From an uncultured Nitrospiraceae bacterium (lineage in GTDB: Bacteria > Nitrospirota > Thermodesulfovibrionia > Thermodesulfovibrionales > UBA6898): a stretch of 64,000 nt of DNA. This document shows, piece after piece, positions 8,987 through 16,534 of the stretch. The position numbers were made by a program, and so were the translations under genes. Under the pieces are notes generated by a model, which saw only the letters and a list, made by a program, of their open reading frames with translations, was not told where the DNA came from and searched no databases. Location of the stretch: positions 320,001 through 384,000 of the forward strand of contig CAWEQH010000001.1 of NCBI GenBank assembly GCA_963811165.1. Reading direction: 5' to 3'. Every line of letters begins with the position of its first letter. The stretch's first letter is position 1.

Positions 8987-10201
8987 GTGAACATGATTTT
9001 ATTCTGGATCTTTGCGGGTATTACTTGCTTTGGGATAATCGGATATCTGCTTCAAATTGTCGCGGTCCGGTCATATACGGCATCCCCCAACTCAGGGGAA
9101 AGCGTACGCTTTCCCCAATCTTTTTCTCCGGTCTCAATCCTTAAGCCGCTCAAAGGCCTTGATGATGGGCTGTTTGACAACCTCGAAAGCTTCTGCAATC
9201 TTGAGTATCCCCACTATGAGATCATCTTTGCGCTTCAGAACCAGAATGATCCGGCCCATAAAGTGGTAAAAAAGGTAAAGGAGAAATACCCTTTAAAAGA
9301 CATAACCATTGTCGTTGAACATTGTGATGAGGGGCTGAACCCCAAGGTCAACAATCTGATCCCGGCATATAAGAGGGCCAAATATGATCTGATATTGATA
9401 AGCGACAGCAATGTCCGTGTGGAAAAAGACTACCTGGCTGCCATTGCCGGACACATGGAAGATCCGTCGGTCGGACTTGTCAGCAATATGATCAGGGGCG
9501 TACACGGCCGGTCCCTTGGGGCCCTCATGGAAAATCTCCACCTGAACACATTTATTGTGGGAAGCGTCTGCTTCCTCGATAAATATCTTAAGATGCCCTG
9601 TGTCGTGGGCAAGTCAATGCTGATGAGGAAGGCCGAGCTTGAAGCCATCGGGGGCTTCAGGTCTGTCAAGGACTTTCTTGCGGAGGACTACATAATCGGC
9701 CAAAGAATTCACGCACTCGGCAAAAGGGTCGTCCTTTCCGGCCATCTTATCAACAATGTCAATGAATATTGGGGGATAAAGAGGTTTATTAACCGTCATA
9801 CAAGATGGGGAAAGCTGAGATGGCAAATCGGAGGCGCGAAGTATTTCTCCGAATTGGCCGGCAATGCCGTATTCATGTCCTTCATGCCGATGGTCTTCAT
9901 GCCTGCGTCAAAAATTGCTTTATTGCTGGCTGCGGCGGTGAGTTCTCTGAAAATAGTCCATGATTTCTACATCGGCAACAAACTTCGCGCCGATATGAAC
10001 CCCCTGCTCTATTTGCTGTCCCCTGTCAAGGACCTTATTATCGGATTCGTATGGTTTGTGCCGATCCTGAGCAACACCGTAGCCTGGAGGGGCAACAGAT
10101 ATATCATCGGCAAGGAATCGATGCTCTCACCGTATCCGGAGACCGGCATATGGGCATGGCGGTACAGGATCATGGACGTGATAAAAACAAGGATTGCTTA
10201 G
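8987..10201 (+). CDS. Glycosyltransferase family 21 (ceramide glucosyltransferase/HpnI-like)
   Basis: SILKPLKG, NPKVNNL, ISDSNV, LAEDY, RHTRW motif; N- and C-terminal TM segments. Confidence 0.85.
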   Translation: MNMILFWIFAGITCFGIIGYLLQIVAVRSYTASPNSGESVRFPQSFSPVSILKPLKGLDDGLFDNLESFCNLEYPHYEIIFALQNQNDPAHKVVKKVKEKYPLKDITIVVEHCDEGLNPKVNNLIPAYKRAKYDLILISDSNVRVEKDYLAAIAGHMEDPSVGLVSNMIRGVHGRSLGALMENLHLNTFIVGSVCFLDKYLKMPCVVGKSMLMRKAELEAIGGFRSVKDFLAEDYIIGQRIHALGKRVVLSGHLINNVNEYWGIKRFINRHTRWGKLRWQIGGAKYFSELAGNAVFMSFMPMVFMPASKIALLLAAAVSSLKIVHDFYIGNKLRADMNPLLYLLSPVKDLIIGFVWFVPILSNTVAWRGNRYIIGKESMLSPYPETGIWAWRYRIMDVIKTRIA

Positions 10202-10232
10202 TGTATGAATGAGTATGACAAGGAGGTGCCAA

Positions 10233-10442
10233 GTGCATTGCCCGCTCAATCAAATCCCGATCGACAATCGGTCACACGCGGAGCATTCCTGCTGCCCTTA
10301 CAACGGAGCAGCCAACGGCATATGTTCCGCATCCCTTTCGACGATGATGATTGTTCCAAGCATGAGGGAGGGGTACTGTGAAAACGAGAATTACGATAAT
10401 TGCCCGATTTTCTTATCGAAAATCATGAGGAAAAAGACGTAA
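10233..10442 (+). CDS. Four-Cys microprotein, CPY-x7-C-x17-C-x7-C-PIF
   Basis: RBS AGGAGG before GTG 10233; shared Cys spacing. Confidence 0.7.
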   Translation: MHCPLNQIPIDNRSHAEHSCCPYNGAANGICSASLSTMMIVPSMREGYCENENYDNCPIFLSKIMRKKT

Positions 10443-10471
10443 CCCGTGTTTTCTTATATGGAGGTGTGTGC

Positions 10472-10855
10472 ATGATGCAGCAGAAGAAGATTCTTATCAT
10501 CGATGACGACATCCGATATCTTATTGATGCGAAACGCTGTTTGCAGTCTCGCGGGTATGCGGTGAGTATCCATGAGCATTCAGCCGGCTCGCCTGTCATG
10601 ATCAGGAACACGAAGCCGGATGTTGTGTTACTCAATATCAGAATGGGTGACCTGTCCGAAGAGAAGCTGTCATACCTCCTCGGTGCAAACCGGCATGCAC
10701 GGGGAGTTCCCGTGGTATTCTATTCCTCCCATGACGAGGAAGGCCTCAGGAATGCCGCTGTACGTCACGAGGCCGAGGGATATATACGCAAAGGAGATGT
10801 CTCCCTGCTTTGCGATAAGGTTGATGCTTTTTGTCCCATCGAGCTGAGGGCGTAA
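10472..10855 (+). CDS. Single-domain receiver protein with Asn at the phosphoacceptor position
   Basis: KILIIDDD, PDVVLLNIRM, VVFYSS, YIRKG; RBS GGAGG. Confidence 0.8.
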   Translation: MMQQKKILIIDDDIRYLIDAKRCLQSRGYAVSIHEHSAGSPVMIRNTKPDVVLLNIRMGDLSEEKLSYLLGANRHARGVPVVFYSSHDEEGLRNAAVRHEAEGYIRKGDVSLLCDKVDAFCPIELRA

Positions 10856-10978
10856 GGGCATTTTCTCCATGGCGGCCGACATGGGCTTTTTTCCGCCTAT
10901 TCCGGCGACTCTCGACACATCCGCCCTATAGGGTCAATGCCGTAAAGGGATCGTGAAACCTACAGAGATATTACGCTC

Positions 10979-11290
10979 TCAGTCTTTTGTGGTCCCCTTT
11001 TGTGCAACTATTGTCCCAGCCTCAATTCGGATTGCGGGCTCCAGGACTGAACTCAGGTGCTCCTTCACCCAAGCTCTCGCTCGGTCGTTTGCGTGGATGG
11101 CTTCAGAGAGAGTTTTGAAAACAGTAATGGACATCATTGCGCCTTTACCCAGGTCAATCCAATAATATTCGACAAATCCAGGCAGAGCGGATATTAGCGG
11201 TACGAACTTTTCATCTACTTGCTTTGCGGCGGCCGCAGGGTCCCGCACTCCTTCATATCGCCTCACTGTCGCATACATCTTCTGTTTCAT
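10979..11290 (-). CDS. ABM-like dimeric alpha-beta barrel protein
   Basis: MYATVRRY...FVPLISALPGFVEYY...SITVF pattern; RBS AAGGAGG. Confidence 0.7.
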   Translation of the reverse strand: MKQKMYATVRRYEGVRDPAAAAKQVDEKFVPLISALPGFVEYYWIDLGKGAMMSITVFKTLSEAIHANDRARAWVKEHLSSVLEPAIRIEAGTIVAQKGTTKD

Positions 11291-11342
11291 CTCGTCCTCC
11301 TTGCACATAGTAATAATAAATGCGCCTATGTTCTCTAAAAAC

Positions 11343-12650
11343 TCAGGCAATGATGTTCGTAATGTCCGGAGCCCGCTTCTTCCCCTGCTTGACAATAGCG
11401 GCCAAGAATGCCGAATTTACGGACTCAACTGCCATAGCTGCCTTGAAAGGCGGAAGTTTTTCCAATGCTCCTACTATCTTCCCCAACGCGCGATGCCCGA
11501 CTCTCCCGGGATCATCGAAGATGAGGTCAGCCAGCTTGCCCCGTTCTATTGCCATGGCGACACGCTGCTCAAAGACGGTTTCCGGAACGAGCACTCTCTG
11601 CGGACGTGGTTTCATCGTTGTCGCGCCGGTCTTGCAGACCGTGCTGCAGACACCGCATCCGAGGCAGAAATTCTCAGAGCGCACTGCCCACTTTTTCTTC
11701 GTCCGCCCTTCCGTCTTTTCCTCGATCCTTATGGCGCCTACTGGGCATGCCTTTACACACAGGCCGCAGCCTTTACACTTTGACAGGTCCACATCGGAGA
11801 TCCAGTTTGAGGTCACGATTCCAGGGCGGATATCGAAGGTCTTCAAGCCTCTCATCACGTGACAGCAGCAGCCGCAGCAGTTGCAGATGAACGTCACCTT
11901 GCGCTGGACGTTGTCTGCAGTTTGCGCAAGCGCTGCCTCCCTGCATGTTGCGAGGATGTTCATCGCCTCATCTTTTGTTATGGCCCGCGCGATGCCGTTT
12001 CGGCTAAGGTACTCTGCGCCGTAGTTGAATGTGAGGCAGGTCTCAAGGGGGCTTTCACATACTTGTTCGAGTTGTTGGGCCGTATGACGGCACTGGCAGA
12101 GGCCCACGGATATTGCCGAGGCTGAAGAGACGATATGGCTTGCCCGTTCCCAGTCCAGGACTTCGGTAAGATCATTTCCAGGGAGCGCCTCCTCCCGGAC
12201 AAGGGTGCGAAATAATGATGTCTTTCCCTGAAAGATTGTTCTTGAGAACCGGTCATTTTCATGGAAATACTGCTCAAAGAGGAGCGCGAGTTCCTTCATC
12301 GGCATGTCAGGGCGGGCGCGCATGAACGTAAATTCGAAAAAGCCAATAACAACGGGCGCAAGTGTGAAATAGCGTCGTCCATTGTGCTCGATGTCCATCA
12401 CCAGCCCCCTGCGCGCCATATCGGTCAGTCTGCCGTTGAGTTCATCCATCGGCATCTTGAGATCGCGCGATAGCCTTTCAAGCGGGGTGAGGTTATGCGG
12501 CAGCAGGCTGGCGAGGTGGGCATCCTCCGGAGAGGACAGCAGCTCAAGGATCTTCATCAGGGTCGGTGAATCGGGCGCCCCCTGGACCTTCTGTGCCAAA
12601 CGTTTCTGCAGGCGACGATGCTCATGTCCGTCACTTGCGATGTGTCCCAT
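11343..12650 (-). CDS. 4Fe-4S dicluster protein with N-terminal winged-helix-like region
   Basis: CQCR, ICNCCGCCC, CKGCGLCVKACP, CLGCGVCSTVC motifs. Confidence 0.85.
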   Translation of the reverse strand: MGHIASDGHEHRRLQKRLAQKVQGAPDSPTLMKILELLSSPEDAHLASLLPHNLTPLERLSRDLKMPMDELNGRLTDMARRGLVMDIEHNGRRYFTLAPVVIGFFEFTFMRARPDMPMKELALLFEQYFHENDRFSRTIFQGKTSLFRTLVREEALPGNDLTEVLDWERASHIVSSASAISVGLCQCRHTAQQLEQVCESPLETCLTFNYGAEYLSRNGIARAITKDEAMNILATCREAALAQTADNVQRKVTFICNCCGCCCHVMRGLKTFDIRPGIVTSNWISDVDLSKCKGCGLCVKACPVGAIRIEEKTEGRTKKKWAVRSENFCLGCGVCSTVCKTGATTMKPRPQRVLVPETVFEQRVAMAIERGKLADLIFDDPGRVGHRALGKIVGALEKLPPFKAAMAVESVNSAFLAAIVKQGKKRAPDITNIIA

Positions 12651-12939
12651 TGTTCACCCCTATTCTTACGGCAGATACTGCATTTTTACCGTCCTCCGTC
12701 TCGATGCGCGGCCAATTGAAGGGCGTTGTACCCGGCATTGAACCCGAATGCCGACTGGAGACCTAAACTTCATGATGGACCCCTAGTCACAGGCTATCAA
12801 AAGGGCCCTGGATTGTCAATCATCTTTGGGACGTTGAGCATAGCCTGGGAAGGGCCCTTTCTTCTCGTGGAGCCGCTCTTCAGCAATGTCCAACAATTCC
12901 TGTAGTGACACCTCTTCTATCTCCCAGGTTTCGGGCTCA

Positions 12940-13045
12940 AGAGTATTCCGGCGTGAAAAAGACTCCCCGTTGCCGCCCAGCAGAGCCCAAACCGGAACAG
13001 ACGGCCGGGATAAACCGGAATCAATGGCCTGAATACTTCGGAAAA
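12940..13045. mobile_element. Possible degenerate IS21-like terminal sequence
   Basis: GTATTCCGGCG followed by repeated AAACCGGAA-n3-(A/G)(C/T)GGCC units resembling multi-repeat IS ends; no transposase nearby. Confidence 0.25.
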
Positions 13046-13114
13046 TCCCGGGTAGTGTCCTATTTTAATCAGGACGCTACCAAATCCCCCGAGGCGATAA
13101 GAAACATTTATCCG

Positions 13115-13170
13115 TGTAACAGAAAATTAACATTCCTTTAATAATCCATTAACAGACGGTTTGTTATGCT
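13115..13170 (+). promoter_or_regulatory. Pho-box-type promoter for microprotein-arsC
   Basis: TGTAAC-n5-ATTAAC-n5-TTTAAT-n5-ATTAAC-n11-TATGCT; first 17 nt identical to the pstS box. Confidence 0.8.
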
Positions 13171-13190
13171 AACGAGGAGGGAGGCAACCT

Positions 13191-13379
13191 ATGAATATAA
13201 GATACATTATCTGTCCCCATCTTAAAGGCAGTTATGACGGAGCGGTCTGTAGCGGCGTCAACAAGCTGATCAAGAACATAGAAGGCGTCACCATTAAATT
13301 GTGCATGGGCAGGCATTACGAGGTGTGCTCGATATATCGGGAGTCTCTGCTGCCCCAGGAGCCTGTCAGTGCGGTGTAA
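13191..13379 (+). CDS. Four-Cys microprotein, CPH-x9-C-x17-C-x7-C-SIY
   Basis: Strong RBS GAGGAGGGAGG; shared Cys spacing. Confidence 0.75.
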   Translation: MNIRYIICPHLKGSYDGAVCSGVNKLIKNIEGVTIKLCMGRHYEVCSIYRESLLPQEPVSAV

Positions 13380-13410
13380 GAATATAACGCCGCCAGCGGC
13401 ATGAGGGAAT

Positions 13411-13839
13411 ATGGAAAAAAAGAAGGTCCTTTTTGTATGCATCCATAACAGTGCCCGCAGCCAGATGGCGGAGGCATTCCTCAATCTTCTGGCAGGGGAC
13501 CGGTTTGAGGCTGAAAGCGCAGGCCTTGCTCCAGGCAGACTAAATCCTTTGGCGGTGGAAGTGATGAAGGAAATAGGGATCGATATCTCTCAGAAAGGAA
13601 CACAGGGCATCTTTGATTTTATCAAGAAGGGGAAACTGTTCCATTATGTGATCACCGTCTGTGACGAGGCGAACGCCGCCCGATGTCCTGTCTTCCCCGG
13701 ATATGCCAGGAGGGTGCACTGGAGTTTCAAGGACCCTTCGAGTCTTGATGGGCCGTACGAGGAGAGATTACGTAAGACAAGGGAAATCCGCGACGAGATA
13801 CGGGCCCGCATAGAAGGGTGGATAAAGGAAGTCAGTTAG
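13411..13839 (+). CDS. arsC: Arsenate reductase, LMW-PTP family
   Basis: [16 protein letters not shown]-loop, ITVCD...CPVFP, HWSFKDP, RDEI. Confidence 0.85.
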   Translation: MEKKKVLFVCIHNSARSQMAEAFLNLLAGDRFEAESAGLAPGRLNPLAVEVMKEIGIDISQKGTQGIFDFIKKGKLFHYVITVCDEANAARCPVFPGYARRVHWSFKDPSSLDGPYEERLRKTREIRDEIRARIEGWIKEVS

Positions 13840-13917
13840 GTCTCTTTGCCCTTTTGCTGATTGCCGATGTGCCAATCTTATCGCTTCGCATAATTCAGCT
13901 CAGACCAGCCGGAAAAA

Positions 13918-13973
13918 TTTCATATTTCTTTAACCCAAATGACATCATGCCGTAAAAACCAAAATGATATCCT
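13918..13973 (+). promoter_or_regulatory. Pho-box-type promoter at the head of the HMA2/ATPase cluster
   Basis: TTTCAT-n5-TTTAAC-n5-TGACAT-n5-CGTAAA-n11-TATCCT. Confidence 0.65.
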
Positions 13974-14009
13974 TTAACCGGATCGTATTTGCGGAAGAAG
14001 GGAACTCAT

Positions 14010-14279
14010 ATGGTCACCTATATCATCAAACATCATGTCCCGGGCCGGATAAGACTGGATGTCCCCGCATTGAGAAAAATTGCCGAGCATAGGCTGAAAA
14101 AGATATCGAAGGCCATGACAAGGCTTCCTGTCTTTATGGGGATAAGAGACCTCACGGTGAATCCCGGCAACGGCAGCGTAGCTATTGAATATGACTCCGA
14201 AGTTGTCGACATTATTGATTACCTGGAGGACATGTCAGTTATCGTGGAAACGCTCGATTGTCTGGAAAGACACCGGTGA
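14010..14279 (+). CDS. HMA2-type (heavy-metal-associated-like) domain protein
   Basis: HHVPGRIRLDVP...GIRDLTVNPGNGSVAIEYD signature. Confidence 0.75.
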   Translation: MVTYIIKHHVPGRIRLDVPALRKIAEHRLKKISKAMTRLPVFMGIRDLTVNPGNGSVAIEYDSEVVDIIDYLEDMSVIVETLDCLERHR

Positions 14280-14290
14280 AGGAGAAAAAT

Positions 14291-14644
14291 ATGGCTTGTA
14301 TCGATTATCTGCAGACGGAGGCAAGGTGTTCGAGAGGGATCCCGGTTGCGCATCTTTTCAGGCATTTCTTCTGTGAGTCGAAGCCTGAAAAATGCCCGAT
14401 TGCTTTGTGGAAAGTATCTTCTCGGGAGAAGGATAACAACCACAATCATCTTAAGGAGGAAGCCATGCAATGCCCGCATCTTTTGAAATGGGTGCTATCA
14501 TCTTGCAAAGCCGCGGAGAGACCCTATGTCCCGAGCCTTTTTGAGCTGGAGGAATATTGCAGAACCGGAGAACACAGAAAGTGCCCTTTTTACCTGAGAG
14601 ATATCGTCAGGACCAACACGGCGAGGGTCAAAGTGTCCGCATAA
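14291..14644 (+). CDS. Tandem four-Cys microprotein (two modules; internal start at 14465)
   Basis: RBS AAGGAGA; module 1 C-x9-C-x14-C-x6-C; module 2 CPH-x8-C-x17-C-x7-C-PFY preceded by an internal TAAGGAGG. Confidence 0.7.
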   Translation: MACIDYLQTEARCSRGIPVAHLFRHFFCESKPEKCPIALWKVSSREKDNNHNHLKEEAMQCPHLLKWVLSSCKAAERPYVPSLFELEEYCRTGEHRKCPFYLRDIVRTNTARVKVSA

Positions 14645-14936
14645 CATCTCATGACGCAGTATGTCTGACAATCCCTCTCTGGGGAACCCGCAGCATCGCA
14701 AGGGGCCCGCGTGGACCCTTAAGCGGACCGCGTCTTGAGAGAGTCTCCCCGCCTGAAGGCCGTAAACCCCTTCACGTATCGTTGACCATTGCCGTTAAAT
14801 ATTATCCCAGGCATGAATAAAGTGCCGCGGTTTTGCGGCAGAATTTAATAGGTAGGTAATGAAAGAAGTGTTAGACAATGTGCCGTTTCAGGCGATAGAC
14901 TGATTATATATTAAGAGATTTAAGGAGAGTATTCGT

Positions 14937-15230
14937 ATGGCATTGCTTGATGATGTATTTAAAGGCGGCAACGTGGTAACAGGCTTGGCTATCGGCATCG
15001 GAGCGGCGGTGCTCGGACCGGTTGTATTGCCTATACTGGCCGGGGCTGCGAAACCGTTGGCGAAGGCCGTGATAAAGGGGGGCCTTGCGCTATGTGCAAA
15101 AGGGAAGGAGTCAGCTGCTGAGTTCGGCGAGGTCTTTGAAGACATTGTTGCAGAAGCGAAAGCGGAACTCGCGGAAGAGCACGAAAAGGCAATTCCCGTT
15201 CCGCCTGCCGAAGCTGAAGAAAGTGTCTAA
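14937..15230 (+). CDS. Small GxxxG membrane protein, DUF5132/FezA-like
   Basis: GLAIGIGAAVLGPVVLP...KPLAKAVIKGG...EVFEDIVAEAKAEL; RBS AAGGAGA. Confidence 0.8.
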   Translation: MALLDDVFKGGNVVTGLAIGIGAAVLGPVVLPILAGAAKPLAKAVIKGGLALCAKGKESAAEFGEVFEDIVAEAKAELAEEHEKAIPVPPAEAEESV

Positions 15231-15708
15231 TACCCCGGAAGCATATATAGGCCATAAGATGAATGGCAGATTGAGACTAAGGATCCCTTCGAAAAAAAAA
15301 GACGGCCTATATATGAAAAAAATTACCGAGGAATTCTCATCACTCCCGGGCATTGCGCAGGTAATCGTGAACACCGAGACATCGAGCGTTCTCTTCCTGC
15401 ATGATCTTTCGGAAGACGCAATCATGGGACATCTCAGTGCAAGCGGTCTCTTCCGGCTTTCCGGGGCTCCCACAGGCCGGGGAGACGTGCATCACGGAAT
15501 CAAAGGATGTTTTCGGGAGATGTCCGGCAAAGTCGAGAAGGCGACAGGAGGAACGATTGGCATCAGTGAAGTTGCCTTCCTCGCATTGTTTGGCGCCGGG
15601 GTTATGCAGATAGGTCGGGGGAATTTTACTGCGATCCCCTGGTACACGGCATTTTGGTATGCGCTTAATATTTTTCTGAAATCGGACGCACAGAAGGCCG
15701 GAGAATAG
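15223..15708 (+). CDS. HMA2-type domain with C-terminal membrane segment (FezC-like architecture)
   Basis: HKMNGRLRLRIP...PGIAQVIVNTETSSVLFLH; C-terminal FLALFGAGVMQ...PWYTAFWYA; start overlaps the upstream stop. Confidence 0.75.
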   Translation: MSNTPEAYIGHKMNGRLRLRIPSKKKDGLYMKKITEEFSSLPGIAQVIVNTETSSVLFLHDLSEDAIMGHLSASGLFRLSGAPTGRGDVHHGIKGCFREMSGKVEKATGGTIGISEVAFLALFGAGVMQIGRGNFTAIPWYTAFWYALNIFLKSDAQKAGE

Positions 15709-15838
15709 CTGTACCCATTCAAAACGACGGTGAAGGTGCAGTGAGCCCGAAGAGTTCTATCGTTCTCATCAGCTTTTGAAAAAGGTGAACGGCTCAATAA
15801 ATTAAAGTAACTTTTCTCAACAGAGAAGGAGGTCAGTT

Positions 15839-16522
15839 ATGTCTCGGGAAGAAGTCATGCGCGGTGCCGGTTATGCAGAAGACGTAAGCAAGGCCGGGGC
15901 GACTGTAAAAGAGGGCGTAATCAGCAGCCTTAAAGGTCTCAATGAGATTGAGGCGGAAATCGTGAGTCTCGTGAGGAACACGGTCTCAAACACTTTGCGT
16001 GCAACGGGAGAAGTGGCGATCGAAAGTGTCTCCATTTCAAAGGATGTCATCAAGGGGGCTATCCAGGCCACCGAGGAGGTCGGAACAGGACTTATCCTGA
16101 GCACGAAAAGTGTTGCCAAAGGGGTAATCATGGGGGTGAGCGATGTAGGCGGCGATGTGGTTACGGTAGCAAGCCAGACAGTTAAAGGCGCGGTTAAGGG
16201 GGCCGCTGAAGTCGGCGCGGATGTCGCCCTTGTTGCAAGACGATCTGTCGATGGAGTGATCGAGGCGACAAAGGAGATAGGAGGGAATGTGGAAGAAGTC
16301 GCGAAAGTGGCGGTCGGAGGGGCGATTGAGGCTGCAGGGACAATCGGTAATACGGCGGTGAAGGCTGTGAGGGACATGCTCGTCGGCGTAGTCGAGGGCG
16401 TAAAGGAGATTGCGGGCGCGGCCTTGCCTAAACCGAGGACCTCTTCCCCAACAGCAACAAAAGCTCCTGCGTCAAAACCGGTTGCTGCGAAAAAAGAGGC
16501 TGCGACCAGGAAAAAGAAGTAA
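15839..16522 (+). CDS. Gly/Ala/Val-rich 22-aa repeat protein with Lys/Ala/Pro-rich tail
   Basis: Consecutive 22-mers such as KGAIQATEEVGTGLILSTKSVA, KGVIMGVSDVGGDVVTVASQTV, KGAVKGAAEVGADVALVARRSV; RBS AAGGAGG. Confidence 0.8.
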   Translation: MSREEVMRGAGYAEDVSKAGATVKEGVISSLKGLNEIEAEIVSLVRNTVSNTLRATGEVAIESVSISKDVIKGAIQATEEVGTGLILSTKSVAKGVIMGVSDVGGDVVTVASQTVKGAVKGAAEVGADVALVARRSVDGVIEATKEIGGNVEEVAKVAVGGAIEAAGTIGNTAVKAVRDMLVGVVEGVKEIAGAALPKPRTSSPTATKAPASKPVAAKKEAATRKKK

Positions 16523-16534
16523 GAATAATACCCC

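Noticed and set aside
14761..14880. Pho box directly upstream of the DUF5132-like gene
   Set aside because: Only two repeats in phase (TTTAAT-n5-GGTAAT or CTTCAC-n5-GTTGAC) and no well-placed -10; not counted
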